A stretch of DNA of 61,436 bases, filler included, from Sphacelaria rigidula (Eukaryota), in assembly GCA_964200075.2 (NCBI GenBank). It is 7 parts of 7 records of this genome, joined end to end, with 100 filler letters (N's around TTAATTAATTAA, not from the genome) between each part and the next. Parts side by side here need not be neighbours in the genome. Positions count along the whole stretch, not along the records: positions 35,168 to 43,857 come from CAXNAA020010368.1; positions 43,958 to 52,647 come from CAXNAA020010369.1; 5 more parts are not named here. The stretch is one strand, 5' to 3'. Both the position numbers and the translations under genes were made by a program. Position 1 is the stretch's first letter. Each line of letters starts with the position of its first letter. This document shows positions 35,168 through 49,819 of this stretch, in pieces. The notes under the pieces are model-generated. The model worked only from the letters and a program-made list of their open reading frames with translations, was not told the DNA's origin and did not search any database.

Positions 35168-35446
35168 TGGTATTTTTTCTCACACAAGGCCCAACAGTGG
35201 AGAGCGACCACGTCATGGGTACACAAAATTCGACTTGAGAGTCGACGAGGGAAAGGGACTGCTGAACCCCTTTCGCGATAAAAAATAAAGGCAAGCACCG
35301 CAGGAGGGAGGTGGAGAACTAAAACAAGAAAAAAAACTACCGTGTTGGCCATCCTCCAGAGTGACCCCGGCTGGTGCGTCCACACATACCCAAAGGTGTA
35401 GACTGGCGTCCAAAACAGATCGGACAACACAAACACACACAAACAC
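35168..35446 (+). mobile_element. SINE body and (CA)-rich tail, cut by the contig start
   Basis: GTCGACGAGGGAAAGGGACTGCTGAACCCC...AAGGCAAGCACCGCAG...GACCCCGGCTGGTGCG...GGCGTCCA...ACACACAC; homolog of 14449-14750. Confidence 0.85.
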
Positions 35447-35734
35447 ATGCTGAGCCATTTCACCAGAACATACTGTTCTGAATATTCGCCCCCTCAACAT
35501 ACCAAAACATCCGCAATACATTAGTGCCGTGGTGGCGCGGCCACCACACCAGGGCGCAGCCCAAGCGGAAACGCCTTTTCCCCAGCTGTTGAGGTGGTCC
35601 CAAGGGATGCGCCCCGGGGGCAGAAATAAATTCCGATTCCGCTCCATCTTTCTTGAAAGTCGACCTCTCTATTGACCACTGAACGGTAGCGTTCCATGCA
35701 CACGAAGGGGAATTTTGCACACGTCGGAAAAATC

Positions 35735-35895
35735 ATGAGTTAACTCGGTTATGCTGTATAACTTACCAACGTATTTACGCCGCTGAGCTATGTTGTATAA
35801 CTCAGAATATGTACCGCTGAGTTATGTTACCATAACTCACATGGGTGAGTTATAGGGAATAGCGTTAACTCGAGTTAACCTGAGTTGAGTTGTCG
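35735..35895. repeat. GAGTTA/TAACTC motif array
   Basis: About 10 direct and inverted copies of GAGTTA(T) in 160 bp. Confidence 0.6.
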
Positions 35896-38800
35896 TACAT
35901 GTGGAATTTTGCCAAGCACACTGGGACGATAAAAATTGATGAATAGAAAAGCAGGTTGCGCCCAGTATAATTTTTAGGATTTGCCGTCTATCTGTGCATT
36001 GCGAGAAACAAAATGCTGCTGGACGTGTTGTTCATGCCCCTGGTCTCCTGTTGCAGCAAGATCCTGTAGGCCCTTACAGTTGGATAGTGATCATTACGAA
36101 ACGATCATTGGATGACCATACCATGTGCACATTCAGTGGATGACGACCCATGTCAGTTTTGCGTAACAGCACATTGGTACAGCAGTGCCGATCAATGTCA
36201 TTACATTATATTGAATTGGCACTGATTTTTTCATCCATTTCACAGTCCTGTTCGGGATCCTTCCTCCGATCCACTTTCTCTCGTTCCCGTGGGTCATGAG
36301 CTCCGTCTCGAAAGGGATGCGTGGTCAATGGTCATACGACTAAGGCAAACAACAAATGAGTACGCCCCCCCCCCGTTGGTAATAATGTACATCCGCATCT
36401 ATCAGCGCATACCCGCATGTCTCTACTGACAACTTTGAAGCAAGACCGCCAAGAATACAAACGCGCTGAATCGTGTGTAGCACCTTGCCATGTGTTGATT
36501 GATACCCCGTCTAGTCTACCAACACTGAAGTCAAGTAATGTAGACTAGAAGTCAAGTAATTATCGAACTTCGCTCAAGCTTCAGTAGTCGAGACACTCGA
36601 CCCTGAAAATAAGTGGTGAGTACTAAAATGCCCCCCGCCCGGACACCGTCTGTTTCCCTCCCTGTTTTCGCTTCTATGAGCGTTTTTAGCCTACGCTGTT
36701 TTTCTTTCACCTTACCTACCCCTGTTTCTGTTTTTTGGCGCACTTTCAACTCCTCTGGACGAGTCCGTGGACTCAAACGGTCACCCCATCTATCTCTCCC
36801 CCAGATTGAAGAACCCTTGTGAATCCTTCTCTTCCCTCCCCCGCGCAGACGCTTTATAGTTCATAGATCCCATGGTTGCGGAAGAACATGAAAACAGTTG
36901 ACAATGCAACCATATGAGATTTGCTTACAGAGTAGACACCCCCGCGATGGTCGGGTCAGTTTCGTTCAAAAGTAACAAGCTGTGGGTGACTCGTGTCCAA
37001 TATACAGTTGTGATAATGTAGAAACATCGCCAGTTAAAGTCTGAAACTTTCATCCCTCGAGTCCTCAAACTTGTTGTTCTTAGTTCCCCAGTGCTGCACG
37101 TTACGTTTGTGTATGCCCCTCATCATGGCGACGTCATATACCATGACATGCAAAATTGCAAAACCTTGCTCTGTACTGTCTGTACTGCACAATACACGAT
37201 GCATGATATCGACGACCCTGTCAGCAAGTACCCCTCTTTCCGAGCTCGCGCCCCGAGCACGGTCTGTTGTACAGTTTGCAGTCTCTTATCACTTGTAAAA
37301 TAAGCGCGAAGGGCTATGTCGTGCTCTCTCTCCAGTCACTGTACCGCCAGCTGAGTCAACAGCCAAATCTTCGGTCTGTGACCGGACATATTATTTTCGT
37401 TCATCGCATAAAGGCGGCTTATCCTGAGAGTCATGTGGGTGTTTGCTCATGAATCCCCGCGTTTCGAAGATAATATTGGGTTCTGACGGTGAACATAGCA
37501 CTGCTGGGCCATGTGTATATCATGGTGCACGTATATGCTGTTGATTGTGCCGTTTATTGCATCGTCCGTGCGATGATGCAAGAACCGTCGACAGCATACC
37601 CAAAACAAATGTATGGATCCGGAAATGGGGCATCGTGTGTTGAAGTGAAGTTGCATGTGGCCCAGCTCCCGGCTGGGGGATATATGCGGGTACCAAAGGT
37701 AGCAAATCACTGTAAATGCAGTACAACGCCATGTGTAGGTTGCGTTATTTGCTACCGCACAGAGATTTTTCGATTGTTTGATTGGTTGATGCATTGATCG
37801 TTGCACTTGAACTGATCCCCCAAGAATCCAGCGGCGGTCGCATGATAGTAAGCATGTTTCGCTATCGCTGGGTGTTGATGAGTGTAAGCCTCCATACAGT
37901 GTGTGTATTTCGCTATTGCTGGGTGCTGATGATGGTGGGTGTACGCTTGGACGGAACTACTCAGTGTGGTTATACTACTGCCTCCCTGAAGTTACTTAGG
38001 TAAGGAGAGCAGCTCAATGGAAACAGAACAAGCGTGGGGTGCCTCCCTCGCTGCACATGCGGGTGATAGTGAGGATTTTGACGTCCAAACCTTTCAGGGC
38101 GCCGTCATCCTAAGTCACACGCAGTCATGTGGCCGCGCGTTGTCACCCTGGAGTACTTCGTTCATCACCCACTTGTAAAATCACCCTCGTGTGATCATTT
38201 TCCATACCGTAGCCATACAGTACCCACTACTGTCCCTCCGTATACAAACCTGAAGTGTGACAGGTGCAAGCTGTGCGTTTAGTCGTGATGCGCATGTAGT
38301 CATGGTTGTGTCGCCATCGAGAAACCGCGTGTATTTTTGTATCCTTGCCTGTAGGAAAAGAAGGCGTATTGTCATGAGAGTGATTCCAACTTGGGGCGGA
38401 AATGGTGGAAACTATCTTCCGTATCCCGACACCTTGAAGATCGTGGCTGGGTTCGTTCGAAACCTGTGGTCAGAGTATTGGAAATACTCGATTTATTTTA
38501 TTTTTACATATTTGGAATATTTTCGGATTTCGTTACGTCTCTCAACTTCGGCAACAAAAACGTTTGGGTTTTTTGGGAGTCTCTGATCACAGCTTTCGAA
38601 TAAGGTGACGCACGATATGTCGGGTGACGGATACACGAAGTATTGAATACGACATTGCACCATTTTCGGGGTCACGGATACTGTTGGAATTCCACAAATA
38701 TGTGAGCGCAGGGAGACTCCCCGCGCTAGGCCGTGGGACCAACCGACTAGTAGCCCATGCTGTGTCGAAGGGCTGTGGGGATTACGGTATGAACCTTCAC

Positions 38801-40009
38801 CTCCTAGATCCTTCGGCATTCGCGCTTGTTCTGTAGTGTCACCATGCCTTCTCGAGTACAGTTGTCCCGGACCAGCGGTCCGGGTACAGCCATGATGAGA
38901 TCATCACGTCATCATCCGCAGATATCATCAAGTGCAAATATACACCCCGCAGATCTCGGCTTGCACTTCGTACCCGCGTGGCATGCACGTATATTGTAGC
39001 ACAGGTGGCGGGAGGAATTCACGTCCTCGAGGAAACGTTGCACCTTTTTTTAACTCTGCCGTACGAGTTGCAGTATATACACTCAAACGTCCCGTCACAT
39101 TTCTGAAATCACCCAATTGCAGCCCGCCGCGGAAGATTGTGATCATTCGGTCAGCAGAAGTACTCAAAAGCCCACCAAACGGGGTGAAGGCAGGATAGGG
39201 TACGGGTACGGCTCAGGGCATGAGGTGCCCTGAAATACCCGGTCTTTTTTTAAGTCGATACCCATACTACCCTTGGACACTCGGTATTTCGACGGTCTAT
39301 ACCCGAGGTATCCTGGGGTGCTCGGTACTGCGGAAAAGGTTACCCTTGGGATGTGTTACTTTACCCTCATCACCATTGGAATCTACGTACGTACGTATGC
39401 CGCGGTCACGTGTTACGACGAGACTCCGCCGAACGTCAGGCCTGCTTCAGTGATGTTGGTGCCTTTCGGGAGGAGATGTCGCAGAAATAAGCTACAGTAT
39501 AGAATATATACGACAGCGTTTGTTGGCGCAGCTTGGACTCGGCGCCGATCGCCTCGATATGGCCATTACGTCCACCAGCTTGTGTCCGTAGATTGTAGCG
39601 TACTCTAATCACATCGTGTTGTCACCACCTAACCAAGGGCTGCGCCGGTCACCTCATAGGTAAGTCAGGTGTACCCAGAGGGAAAAGACTCTCCAGGAGG
39701 CTTCCCCCGTCGCTGTGTCAGAAGGATTTGAGAGTTGAATAGCTTTCTTCGCCCTTCCTAGAGCAGTTATGAGTGGCCCTTGTGAACATAGACACGGCCG
39801 TTTCACGCGGAGGATACTGCATCTGTCCAGGCGCTTCAATCCTGTGGGAGTTGTGATTCCACATGCTTTTGGTTGTGCCGTTGTCTGCTAGTTGCTTTTG
39901 ATTCCGCTGACCCAACCATCCCTAGTCTGGCGGGGGTCAGGGACGGGCATCAAAGGCAGGCAGGGCATCCCCAGTGTATCCACCACGACCGCCGACTGGT
40001 TCAGGATGG

Positions 40010-43000
40010 TTGTCCCGGGGAAACCCAACCCAACCAGCAGACAAACGACACAAACAAACGCACAAGGGAGAGGGGCACGATTCACGGACTAGCCTTCGTA
40101 CTCTGCAAGTTGTGATGCAACATGCAGGCTAGCCAGTGGGCCATGTCGACAGTGTTGAGCTCGAAGCACAATCTAACAGTGACGGAAGTTCTACCTCGCG
40201 CTGGTACCTTAAGTCAAACCCGCAGCTACGTTTTTTTACGCAGAGTTGAGAGGTTGTTACGGAAAACGCATTGATGGACGTAAAACAGGAGTAAGCGCCA
40301 GATTCGGCGGACTGGAGCCAGCGGCGGGTGCGGGCTGAGACGGCTGCACCCTGTCCGTGAGACTAGAACGGAAGACATGAGCCTAGATGAATGGACGAAG
40401 GAAAAAATGGAGCATGGATGAATCTACTCACACACAAGACTCGAAGTTGAAACCATGGAGATCAGAACAAAAAATGAAGCGTATAGATCTAGATAATGCT
40501 AGAGCTAGGGCTAGGTCTCACATTCGGGAGCCCATAGTGGCAACCTACAATATTCGTAGATTATTCCTGATGAGACAGAAAATAGGGGTCGGCCATGCTG
40601 AGATGGTGTTGTGGCCTGCAGGAGTACCAAGCGGTAGATTGTGCCATCATCGGACTGTCGGGGGCAAGGGAACCGGGCCGAACTGACTTCGCTGCCGTGA
40701 GATACCGCATCTTCTGCTGCGGGGCGAAAGGAGTAAGGAAAGAGCTGGACAGCATGAGGTTGGATTGGCGGTTAAGGAGTCGATCATCCACAGGGCTACT
40801 TGGACTCTGGAATTTGTCAGCGAGCGTCTCGTGTCTGCGACCTTGAACGTAGCAGAGACGTCGAACGCTGGCACATTTACAGTCGCCCATGCACCCGCAG
40901 ACACACCGAAGTCGAGAGAAGAGAGAGACATGACTCGGACTGAGTTGTACAGCACCGTGAGCCACGTCCCAACCACGACGAACTGTTCGTTTTTATAGAT
41001 GCTACAAGTAACGCTCCGACAGGAGTACAGACGGGAGCAGAAGATCGTAAATTTGTAGGGATATACGGCAGGGACTCCGGGGCAAGCGACAGCAACGGCA
41101 CCGCACTGCGAAAACTTGCAGCTGAGAACAGGCTTGCCCTGATGAACACACTTTTCTACCCCCACACGAGGCACATCGCGTACGTTAAGCGGTATTGCGA
41201 GCGGTCCTGCGGACAAGAAAGCTGTTGACTACATCATCACACGACAACCCCCCTGCCGGCTTGTTTGAACTGTCACCATTCACCTTCAACTACCCAACGC
41301 GCCGGACTTGAATCACAACACCGTATGTGCCACAGTACGACACCCTAGACGATTCGCACGCAATAGACACCGGCGACCCCCCACCGGGCGCAAATCCGTC
41401 AATAGGCGAGCAAAAGCGTTTGATACCGGCACATGTAAGCAACTCAATACAGCTCATCGTAAGGAATCTCCACGGGGTAAACCCGGAAGTGGTGTCCGTG
41501 AATCGGGTACACGTTTGGCGAGTAAGTTTCAAGACTCGCCGAGATGATCATCCCATGTCCAATTCGACCATCCTGTGTAGATTAGCGGTTCGCAGATGCT
41601 ACAGTCCGAACTGAGTCTGAAGAGACCGGGAATGAGCGAGAGGGGCCGAGGTTGGCGACACGAGCAGAGCCGAGAGGCTGCACCGTATGGTGCGCCTCGC
41701 GAGCAACGTGAGGAAGGCTCAAAGAGGTGATCTGACGTGGATTGAAAAGGAACCTAGATCTATATGCGGAGGAGCGGGAGGAGTACGTGAGAATTGAGGG
41801 GCATGGGAGGGTGATACGAGATGTATCTGAAAGAGGGATGGAGATTGGCGGGAAAAAAACGACAGAGAGAGAGCATTACAAAGGGCGAGGACAGGAAACT
41901 TCTGCGCTGCAAAGGCCCAATCTGTGAGAGTTGGGAATCATTACTTGTCTACTTTGCTGATTGAAACCTTCGCCACTCCGAGTCCCATCAACCCTGGATG
42001 AAGCAGAAGAGGCACTGAAAGCTATGACTAACAGCAAAGTGATGAGACGGCATGGGTCGCTCGCTGAACTCCTCGAGCTTAGATCGGTCGTAGAACCTTT
42101 GGAGATCTTGAATCACGTCCACGGGATTAGTGTTGCTGATTGACATGAGGAAAGGTGCCGCAGCAGTGGAAGGACGCCACTATGAAAATGCTACAAAAGA
42201 AGGATGGAGCCGAGTGTGGTAACTGTAGAAGCATATATCTCGTGGCTCATGGTTCCCCTCATCATCATGGCCAACAGGCATGGTATTTTCTGCGAAGAGG
42301 TGATTATTTTCTCGGAGGAACAGGGCGGATTCCGGCGCGAACGATCGGCCTCCGACATGATGTTCGTAGGCGTCGAGGGGAGACGCCGCGTTAGAGGATT
42401 CGGCTCACGATATGGGGAATGCTGCGCGCGTACGACGGTGGCATAACCTCGAGGTCCCCCCGACGGGCTAGCTAAGATGGCGACTGCGATAATCATGGTC
42501 TGCCAGAAGAACGGGCTAACCGCGTCGGAGAGCAAGACGGAGCCCGTTCGCCTCTAGGCAGTACCCAGCTCCCCAGCGACCGCATTGCACATCAAGGCGG
42601 CGGGCGAACGGTATAGCAGCAGCTCAATTTGTCTACCTGGGTGGCGCTATCAGTGCAGCGTATCTCTGTCGAAGTCACGCGGCACATGAGCGTTGAGGGG
42701 GCACGCCCCCGAAAGTATAGTTCCCAACGATATGATTGGCCTAATGCCCAACTTACTCTGAAAGTTCAGGTGCTCGAAGGTAATGTGCTCCAACTAACTA
42801 CTCAACCGAGCAATCAATCATCAATCGAAGCGGAGGTAGTGAAAGTTATACTGCGCTCAGAAAGCCTGCGTAATGTCCCCCACAAGCTTTTACTGCAAGC
42901 AGTGGGATTCTCCAGGAAGGGTCACAGTGGACACAAAACTCTGTCGCACACAGCTGTGCTCGAGATTACCCAATGTGAGCATGTCGAGACGCCCATCTGT
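40010..43000 (+). mobile_element. Degenerate RTE-like LINE (endonuclease and reverse transcriptase relics)
   Basis: IVATYNIR, LEFVSERL and GIYGRD (APE); VPQQWKDA...[29 protein letters not shown], and AYDGGITSRSP...GLTASESKTE (decayed YADD region) (RT). Many frameshifts. Confidence 0.88.
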
Positions 43001-43857
43001 CGAGGTAGTCCAAGGCTTCGAAGCTGGATTGACAGTCGTTTTCCCAGGATACAATCAAGTACGGCCTATGATTGTTGCCATGTGTTCCTCCGAGATTTGG
43101 ACTCGGCTCGACGGGGGAGTACTTCTCAGCATGTAATGTGGAGTCTGAACAAGATGTAAAGTGCATCCAAAGAACAAGACGGTAACTCATTATCACGTCC
43201 GCTTCAGTGGAGATTGAATCGTCCAAGAGCAAAGAGCAAATACAGATGCCCGAGAAGAAGAGGCCCCGAACCCTCAAGTGTAGTGTAGCTTTTATCACTC
43301 TCTACCGGACAAGCTGGCTGATGTCCCTCTAGATGGGTTAAAATGATGAAGTGGCGGGGATATACTCGTGATCTTGCATGCCGTAGGTGACAGAGGGGCG
43401 GGGACTGCGTAACAGGTTCTCAGACCCCCATCACCCGCACGTGATAACTCGTGGAATGTCTCGTCAGCTGGTCCCAATCCGCATACGTTGACCGGAGCAA
43501 TTATCCTTGAACCACCAGAGATTCCACACCATTTAGTTCAACGAAGCTGACTGAAGCTGACTGACCGCATGCCACGACGGATCACCCTCGAGTGACAAAC
43601 GCCGACAACAATCACAACCATTGGCCAAGGCGTCGTACGTCAGTCCGATGGCATCTTGAACCCCAGTAACGACCAAGTGCATAGGACCAGATGGTCACCT
43701 TCCCGGTAGAAAACGATGAAGAACTTGTATCCATCATATACATACGTATCTCTTCGTACCCTGCAAGATTTGAACCCCACATCTAACCGTTTGGCAATGA
43801 GGACCGACGCCCGGATGGGTAGGGTGACTCGTGTACAGAGTCGAGCTAGGGGACATT

Positions 43858-43957
43858 NNNNNNNNNNNNNNNNNNNNNNNNNNNNNNNNNNNNNNNNNNN
43901 NTTAATTAATTAANNNNNNNNNNNNNNNNNNNNNNNNNNNNNNNNNNNNNNNNNNNN
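43858..43957. other. Artificial contig linker
   Basis: N44-TTAATTAATTAA-N44. Confidence 0.97.
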
Positions 43958-43983
43958 CCCCGTCTCGTTGAATACGCTACAGC

Positions 43984-44217
43984 AGTATATTCGACTTAAC
44001 TGTCGACGAGGGAAAGTGGCTGCTGAACCCCTCTCGCGATAAAAAATAAAGGCAAGCACCGCAGAAGAAAGATCGAGTACTAAAAACAAACACACGAGGA
44101 AAAAACCACCTGTGTTCACCTTCCTCCTGTGTAACCCCGACTGGTGCGCCCACATATACCGAAAGGTGAAAGGTGTAGACCGGCGTCCAGAATAGATGGG
44201 ACGACAACTCACACACA
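43984..44217 (+). mobile_element. SINE 3' body
   Basis: GTCGACGAGGGAAAGTGGCTGCTGAACCC...GGCGTCCAGAATAGATGGGACGACAACTCACACAC; same family as 35168-35446. Confidence 0.85.
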
Positions 44218-47200
44218 GTATCGTTAACACAGTCTCCGGATACCAACCCGGCACAGTAGACAGCGTTGGGCACACAGGCAGTACACCTCCGTGCCCGCTG
44301 GTCATTCACAAGTGCTGCACATATCGGTCGCTATTAGAGCACTATTGAGTTGAGACAGTTGAGGGTTGTACTACTACTGTACTGTTGTTGCACTGCCTGT
44401 AGACAGTTTTGTATACTTTCGGTAGGAAGTGTTCTGCACTGTGCCACTCAGACTGTCTGTAGTACTGTACAACTGTTGTCTGTAGTACAAGTGTGTACAT
44501 GCCTATGTGTGTCCGCTTGCATACTTTGAGAAATTACAGTAGTTCTCGATAAAGGTTCACCACACGAGTCACCCTCGCTGCGTGAAGGCGAGAGGGGGAA
44601 CAGAGAGACACCTGTCGACCTGGCTTAAAATGACGTGGAAGGGCTGAAGTCGGCCACCCATGCAGCCGCTACGAGGATCTCGAAAAAATGGCCACCCAAC
44701 GGTGGTGTAACTGCGCGAGCTAACGCAAGCTTCTCGTTGGGTTGCCATTTCGTCAGGTCCTCATAGCAGCTGCTTGAGCGGCCGACTCCCGCCCTTTCGC
44801 ATCATCATAAGCCAGGTCGACTGGTGTCTCGGTTCCCCCGTTCGCCTCCAAGTGTTCCTCGTACTTTTGGGTCACTCTTGTGAACGAGCTGCCATCACCA
44901 GTGCTGTCGCGGGCGTTCACGACATCCGCCACCGCCTCACTTATGATATTTGTCCTACGGCTGTGTTCTGTAACCTTGGTCGTCGTGAGGCAGGGTGTCT
45001 AGTTCCGTTTCATAGCCCTGAGTTTGGCACCAACGCTTTGGGGTGTCTAGCAACTCGTTTTTTATTTTTTATTTGAAAATTACACCTGAGTTGCTGGGCA
45101 TGTCTCTTCTCAGGGTTCAGTTTTTGGGGTTTACCTAGGGGAATTCGTCATGTCCTGGCCTTGAATCCCAACTTTCTCAATAATCCCTGAGTTTTTCCTC
45201 ATCCTTGAGTTCTGATTTGTGTTTCCGAACCTCTCTATTGGAAAACCGCACGGCGACAACAGGAGTCGCGCGCGCAAGTAATGAAAAATCGCCCCAGATG
45301 AAGACGTTCACAAAATTCCCCAAAGTAGTGAATATTGCGCCTGACATAAATCATATCGGCTGTTGATTATGTTGTTCGATGACCGAACCGTGCCCACTGG
45401 TGTGTAACTGTACCTGCTCTGCTGCCCTCAATCCCTGAGGCTTTTGCTTTTTGTCATCATGTAATTTTAATTTTATCGCCCCTGCTCTTTACTTTCCTCT
45501 CATTTTCCTTTTTTCCGGTTAGGGTTAGGCATTAACTTCTGTGCTTTTCTTTTCTTGACCTTGTTTCTAATCGTCAATGGTTGATTGATTGATTGGTTGA
45601 CTGATTCTCGCACTTGAATAGTATTATTTTCTTACATATCACTGACATGTCGTTCTGGTCGACCTTCTGTTTTATCAGTTCCTTCTTTTGTTCAGCGAGT
45701 GTTTCAGTTTTTTTTTTTGGGGTACGTCCATTATGAGACCACGGCTAGATCCCTGGGGGGGTAAGTTAAAGTGCGACAATCAATCAATGCTTCAAATAGA
45801 GCAACTTCATGCTGGAATATCACCGGAACTAAACACGCCACACCACCGTCGTGCGCGCTTGTTACAGGGAGTGGCGCAGGTATTCACGTTGGAAAGGTGT
45901 AAAGATTTACCCGGTGTCCATGGGACGAAGGGCGCCGCAAGATGGCAAGGCATGACATTTGACGGGGGGAAGTGCGGCCGCAGGGACGGGGCAGATGAAG
46001 TTATGCGGTAGTAATGCCGGTCACCCCGTCATTCTGCCGCGCACATCCCAACGTCCGGACCCGGCGCCGAGAGTACTTCGCGGCCGTGGTGAATGCGCCA
46101 CGGCCCGCCCATCATGTCTGATGCCAAGCTAATTGTTGGGTGATAAGGTGGTGGCATTTGCGACGACGAAGACAGTTTGTGTGGAAGTGTGGAAGCGCCC
46201 AAATTTGCGGGCCGTGCGGTGCGACGGCATTTAGGCCGGGGCCGGGGCGGGTAGAGGCGAGGGTTTTGATGTGGCGCGGTGGCGCCGCCGTGCAGGGGTG
46301 TCGTTTGATCGTTCTCGCGGTGCTACACGGTAACACTCATTTCAGGTTGTATTAGTCACCGAGCGGTACGAAGCATGAAATTATTGAGGTGCGTTTTCGC
46401 GGCACACGGCGGCTGGGATATCATCGCGAGGGACGGGGAGGCACGCAGAACCTGTCGAGATTTGCGATATGTATGCTCGTGCGGTGTGCACGACTTGCTA
46501 GCGCGAAGCGATCGCGCGCGCGCCGACGACCCCCTGTTTTTGTCTCTTTTTTTTGTGTTGTAGTTGATTTGATACCACTTTCATTCGTTTTTTTCTGTTT
46601 TTGTATCGAATCTGCGTGGTTTGTTTGTAGCACGATTATTTTTTTAATTTCTTAAGCCTTATGTTTGGAATCTTTGCCTATTACCACGGGAAGCGTCCGC
46701 GTATTATGCCAAGTAGAAAGCGATGCGGTGATGTCGGAGCGGTTTCAACTTTGTAGACAACAACTACAACGACTACGACGACAAGTTAGGCGAATGGACC
46801 GTGCTTTACAGACAATCCACATCCCCATGAGTGCACAAACACCCATCGAAATGCTGATCGCCACAAATATTGGGGGGTCATGATAACGCGAGAGGGCAAA
46901 ATCCCTCCACAGGAGCAATGATACGGCAGGAGTGCACTTTTGACGCAAAATCTTGTCTGGTTCAGGGGGTCCGAACGACTCTAGATGCACAATAGTGTGG
47001 GTCAGGGCATCCTCGTTTGCAATTTCTTTCGGGATATTCTTCGTACTTTGAAATTACAAACCTGGCGCACTCTCACATATTTCATCAGTCGTGTTTTGGA
47101 TTAGATGAAGGCAAGAAAACAATTTTTGAACTCAGACAATAAAAGTACGCACCTACCGTAGTATCACCCCAGGCTTTCACAGCTGGTGCCTCGCGTGCGT

Positions 47201-48279
47201 GCACTTAAGCTGGGATAAGAAGCGATCCCAAACTGGCCACGAAAATCTCGCGCGTACCTGGGCTGAAACTTATTTTATCACATGACGCCAAGGATATTAA
47301 AGTTCTCCATATCCCAGCACCGCCGGAATGTGCGGTGAAAAGACTCGTGCGCCGTGTTTGCTTCAAATTACCTGTGACAGTCGATCGCGCTGCACGGTGC
47401 TGTCACCGTGCATCATCTCACGCGATAGGCTTCAATGTCTTACCCAAATTCGAAGCGATACATGTCCGTCACAACTACCGTCATCGCGGAGGACCCGCTC
47501 CACGGTGTTGCAGGGACTGCACCAGGAGTACCGATGGACATTACTGCCGCCAGATAGGTTTCTCTGTCCACGCTTCCTATTTATACCCGCGGTATTCCGT
47601 AGTGCACCCCTGGCATTTGCTCTGGACAAGTATACTGAATACAGTACGGAAAATGCGATCGCGGTACAAACGACGTACCATACTGTATGCAGTACACCTG
47701 TTGCGACAGGTGGCTGCCGGGGTGGGGGAAGTTGTATACCAGGATCAAATGAAAATGACGTCAACCCCGCGAAACGTCGACAGCGTGCCTGTCAGGGAAA
47801 TGTCAGTATGTTCACGTGGGATCAGCAAGACGCCGAATATCCGGCTGATTGCGATGGAAGAAAACTACAAGAACCCCCCCCTATCGTTTTCAGGCCGCCG
47901 TGATGAGGAGAACGGTCACTCTGGCACTGAAGGATAAGAGACGTTGCCCGCTGCCGGAGCAGGTTCGCAGTGCTCATCGGCTGAACATACTCTCCTCTTT
48001 GGCTACTCTGCGCGGCCCCGCTTTGCTCGACACGGCGCCTCAACCCCGACGGCATCTACCTCCAACATATAGAGAACCTTCACTGTCGAGCGATTCTCGT
48101 CTTGGTGCCAGCCTCGACCGACAGGGGGGCGATGTGTACAACAAGGCTGGCAAGATATTCCCCTGGCTCCGCACGGATTTGATACCATTACCCTCTAGAA
48201 ATGTCATTAGAAAGCGTTCTACTTTTCGGAACAGGTTCAGCATCGTCCAAACCCTTGTTTCAGGTCACGCCGCGCTTAA

Positions 48280-48378
48280 CCCTTAGACCGCGAGATTTGT
48301 CTTCCAGGATCATGCATACTTTTTTTTCACTTGAAATTGATGCCGATTCATCAGAAGGCTAACCTCGCGGTCTAAGGG
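48280..48378. mobile_element. piggyBac-like MITE (99 bp, TTAA TSD)
   Basis: TTAA|CCCTTAGACCGCGAG...CTCGCGGTCTAAGGG|TTAA; perfect 15-bp TIR. Confidence 0.9.
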
Positions 48379-49819
48379 TTAAAACGCTTCGGATCGCCGC
48401 AACTGCCGCGTCGACACATAGCTTCGGCTTCAACCCACATACACATCAACTTTCAGCTTCATCAGACGCCAGATGTGCGGTGTTGGGGCGCCTATTTCCC
48501 GAAAATACCGCCTCCATATTATTGGAAAAGAATAACACTGATATACGGGGTTTTGACAACTGAGGATCATCGACACCGGAGAAGGTACTGTACTGACTGT
48601 ACTGTTGTTGTAATGTGCCGTCTGTGATGTGCAGTGATTCCTCCGATAGGTCGGACAAGTGAGTGCTGGTCCTAGCTCGACGGATCCCTTGCCTGCCATC
48701 CTTCTTTAGCGGTACACGAGCCTTGTAAGGTAATCCGTTTTTGCACTGCATTCCTGCTGCGCTTGCACAAACGTTAAGAGCGAATATTTGAACACAGCCA
48801 ACACAGGTGCGGACAGAATACCGTAGACCGTGGAGCACAGCCCAACTCACGCGATGCACGTATGAGGCCTCTACACGCCGTGCAATACAACAACATCGCA
48901 CGTGAAAAACATTCAAGTACATGATGCCATCTCACCTGCAATGTAATACAGAAGCTTCACCAACCGCTGGGCCTGGAAACCCTGCTTGAGCTTGCAACTA
49001 TTGTGCAGCTGCGACCCCAATCTCTTTGTATTACATGTGTTGTGAGTAAGATGACATATGTACAGTAGTAAATAACGTAAGCCCCCAAACAGCGTTTCGC
49101 TGAGTTTAGTGTCACGTTCTTCACCACCCCCAAAAACGTGACTTGGTGGAGTGAAAAAAGTCGACAGGGCACCATAATGACATCCATGGTGATTTACAGC
49201 TGTATTACGTATCCTAAGCTACCCCTCCGTCGAAGTTCGGTTCAATTCCATCCTGTACAGCACACGAACAATCGATGGATGACCGACAAAAAAGGCGACG
49301 AAGTATGTACAAGCTCAAAAGTCATTTTCCAATATGGCCGACCTACGCACGATCGCAGCAGATAAGTCACGCTGGACGAACGCCAGCCAGCTGAAACTAA
49401 AGAGGCAGGTGATAATTGCTAGTAGCCATCGTTCAACATCAAAGTTGCACCAATTAGTTATCAGGATCGTGCGGAAATTGCAACAGATGGACATTACTAT
49501 ATGTCAACATTTCCATGTGAGACAAGGGTATGCGCAACCGCGACGTCGAGGGCTGATAGAGATGCGTCTTATCTACACAGAGCAATTTGATTTGTCGCTG
49601 CAACTGATGTGTCTAATGAGATATTGTCATCTCGGTACCGGGTGTTGACACATGAGATGCGGTGGAAGAGCGTATCAGGTACAACAGGACGAAGGAAGCC
49701 GGTATCCAAAACAAGCCGGGGGCAATTGCGCCGCGTGTAGGTGTGTTCGTAGTCGTACAATAGGTACAATATATTCTCCCACACCCTTTCGTGAACAACA
49801 ACAGCGTCGCCTGTCGGCA

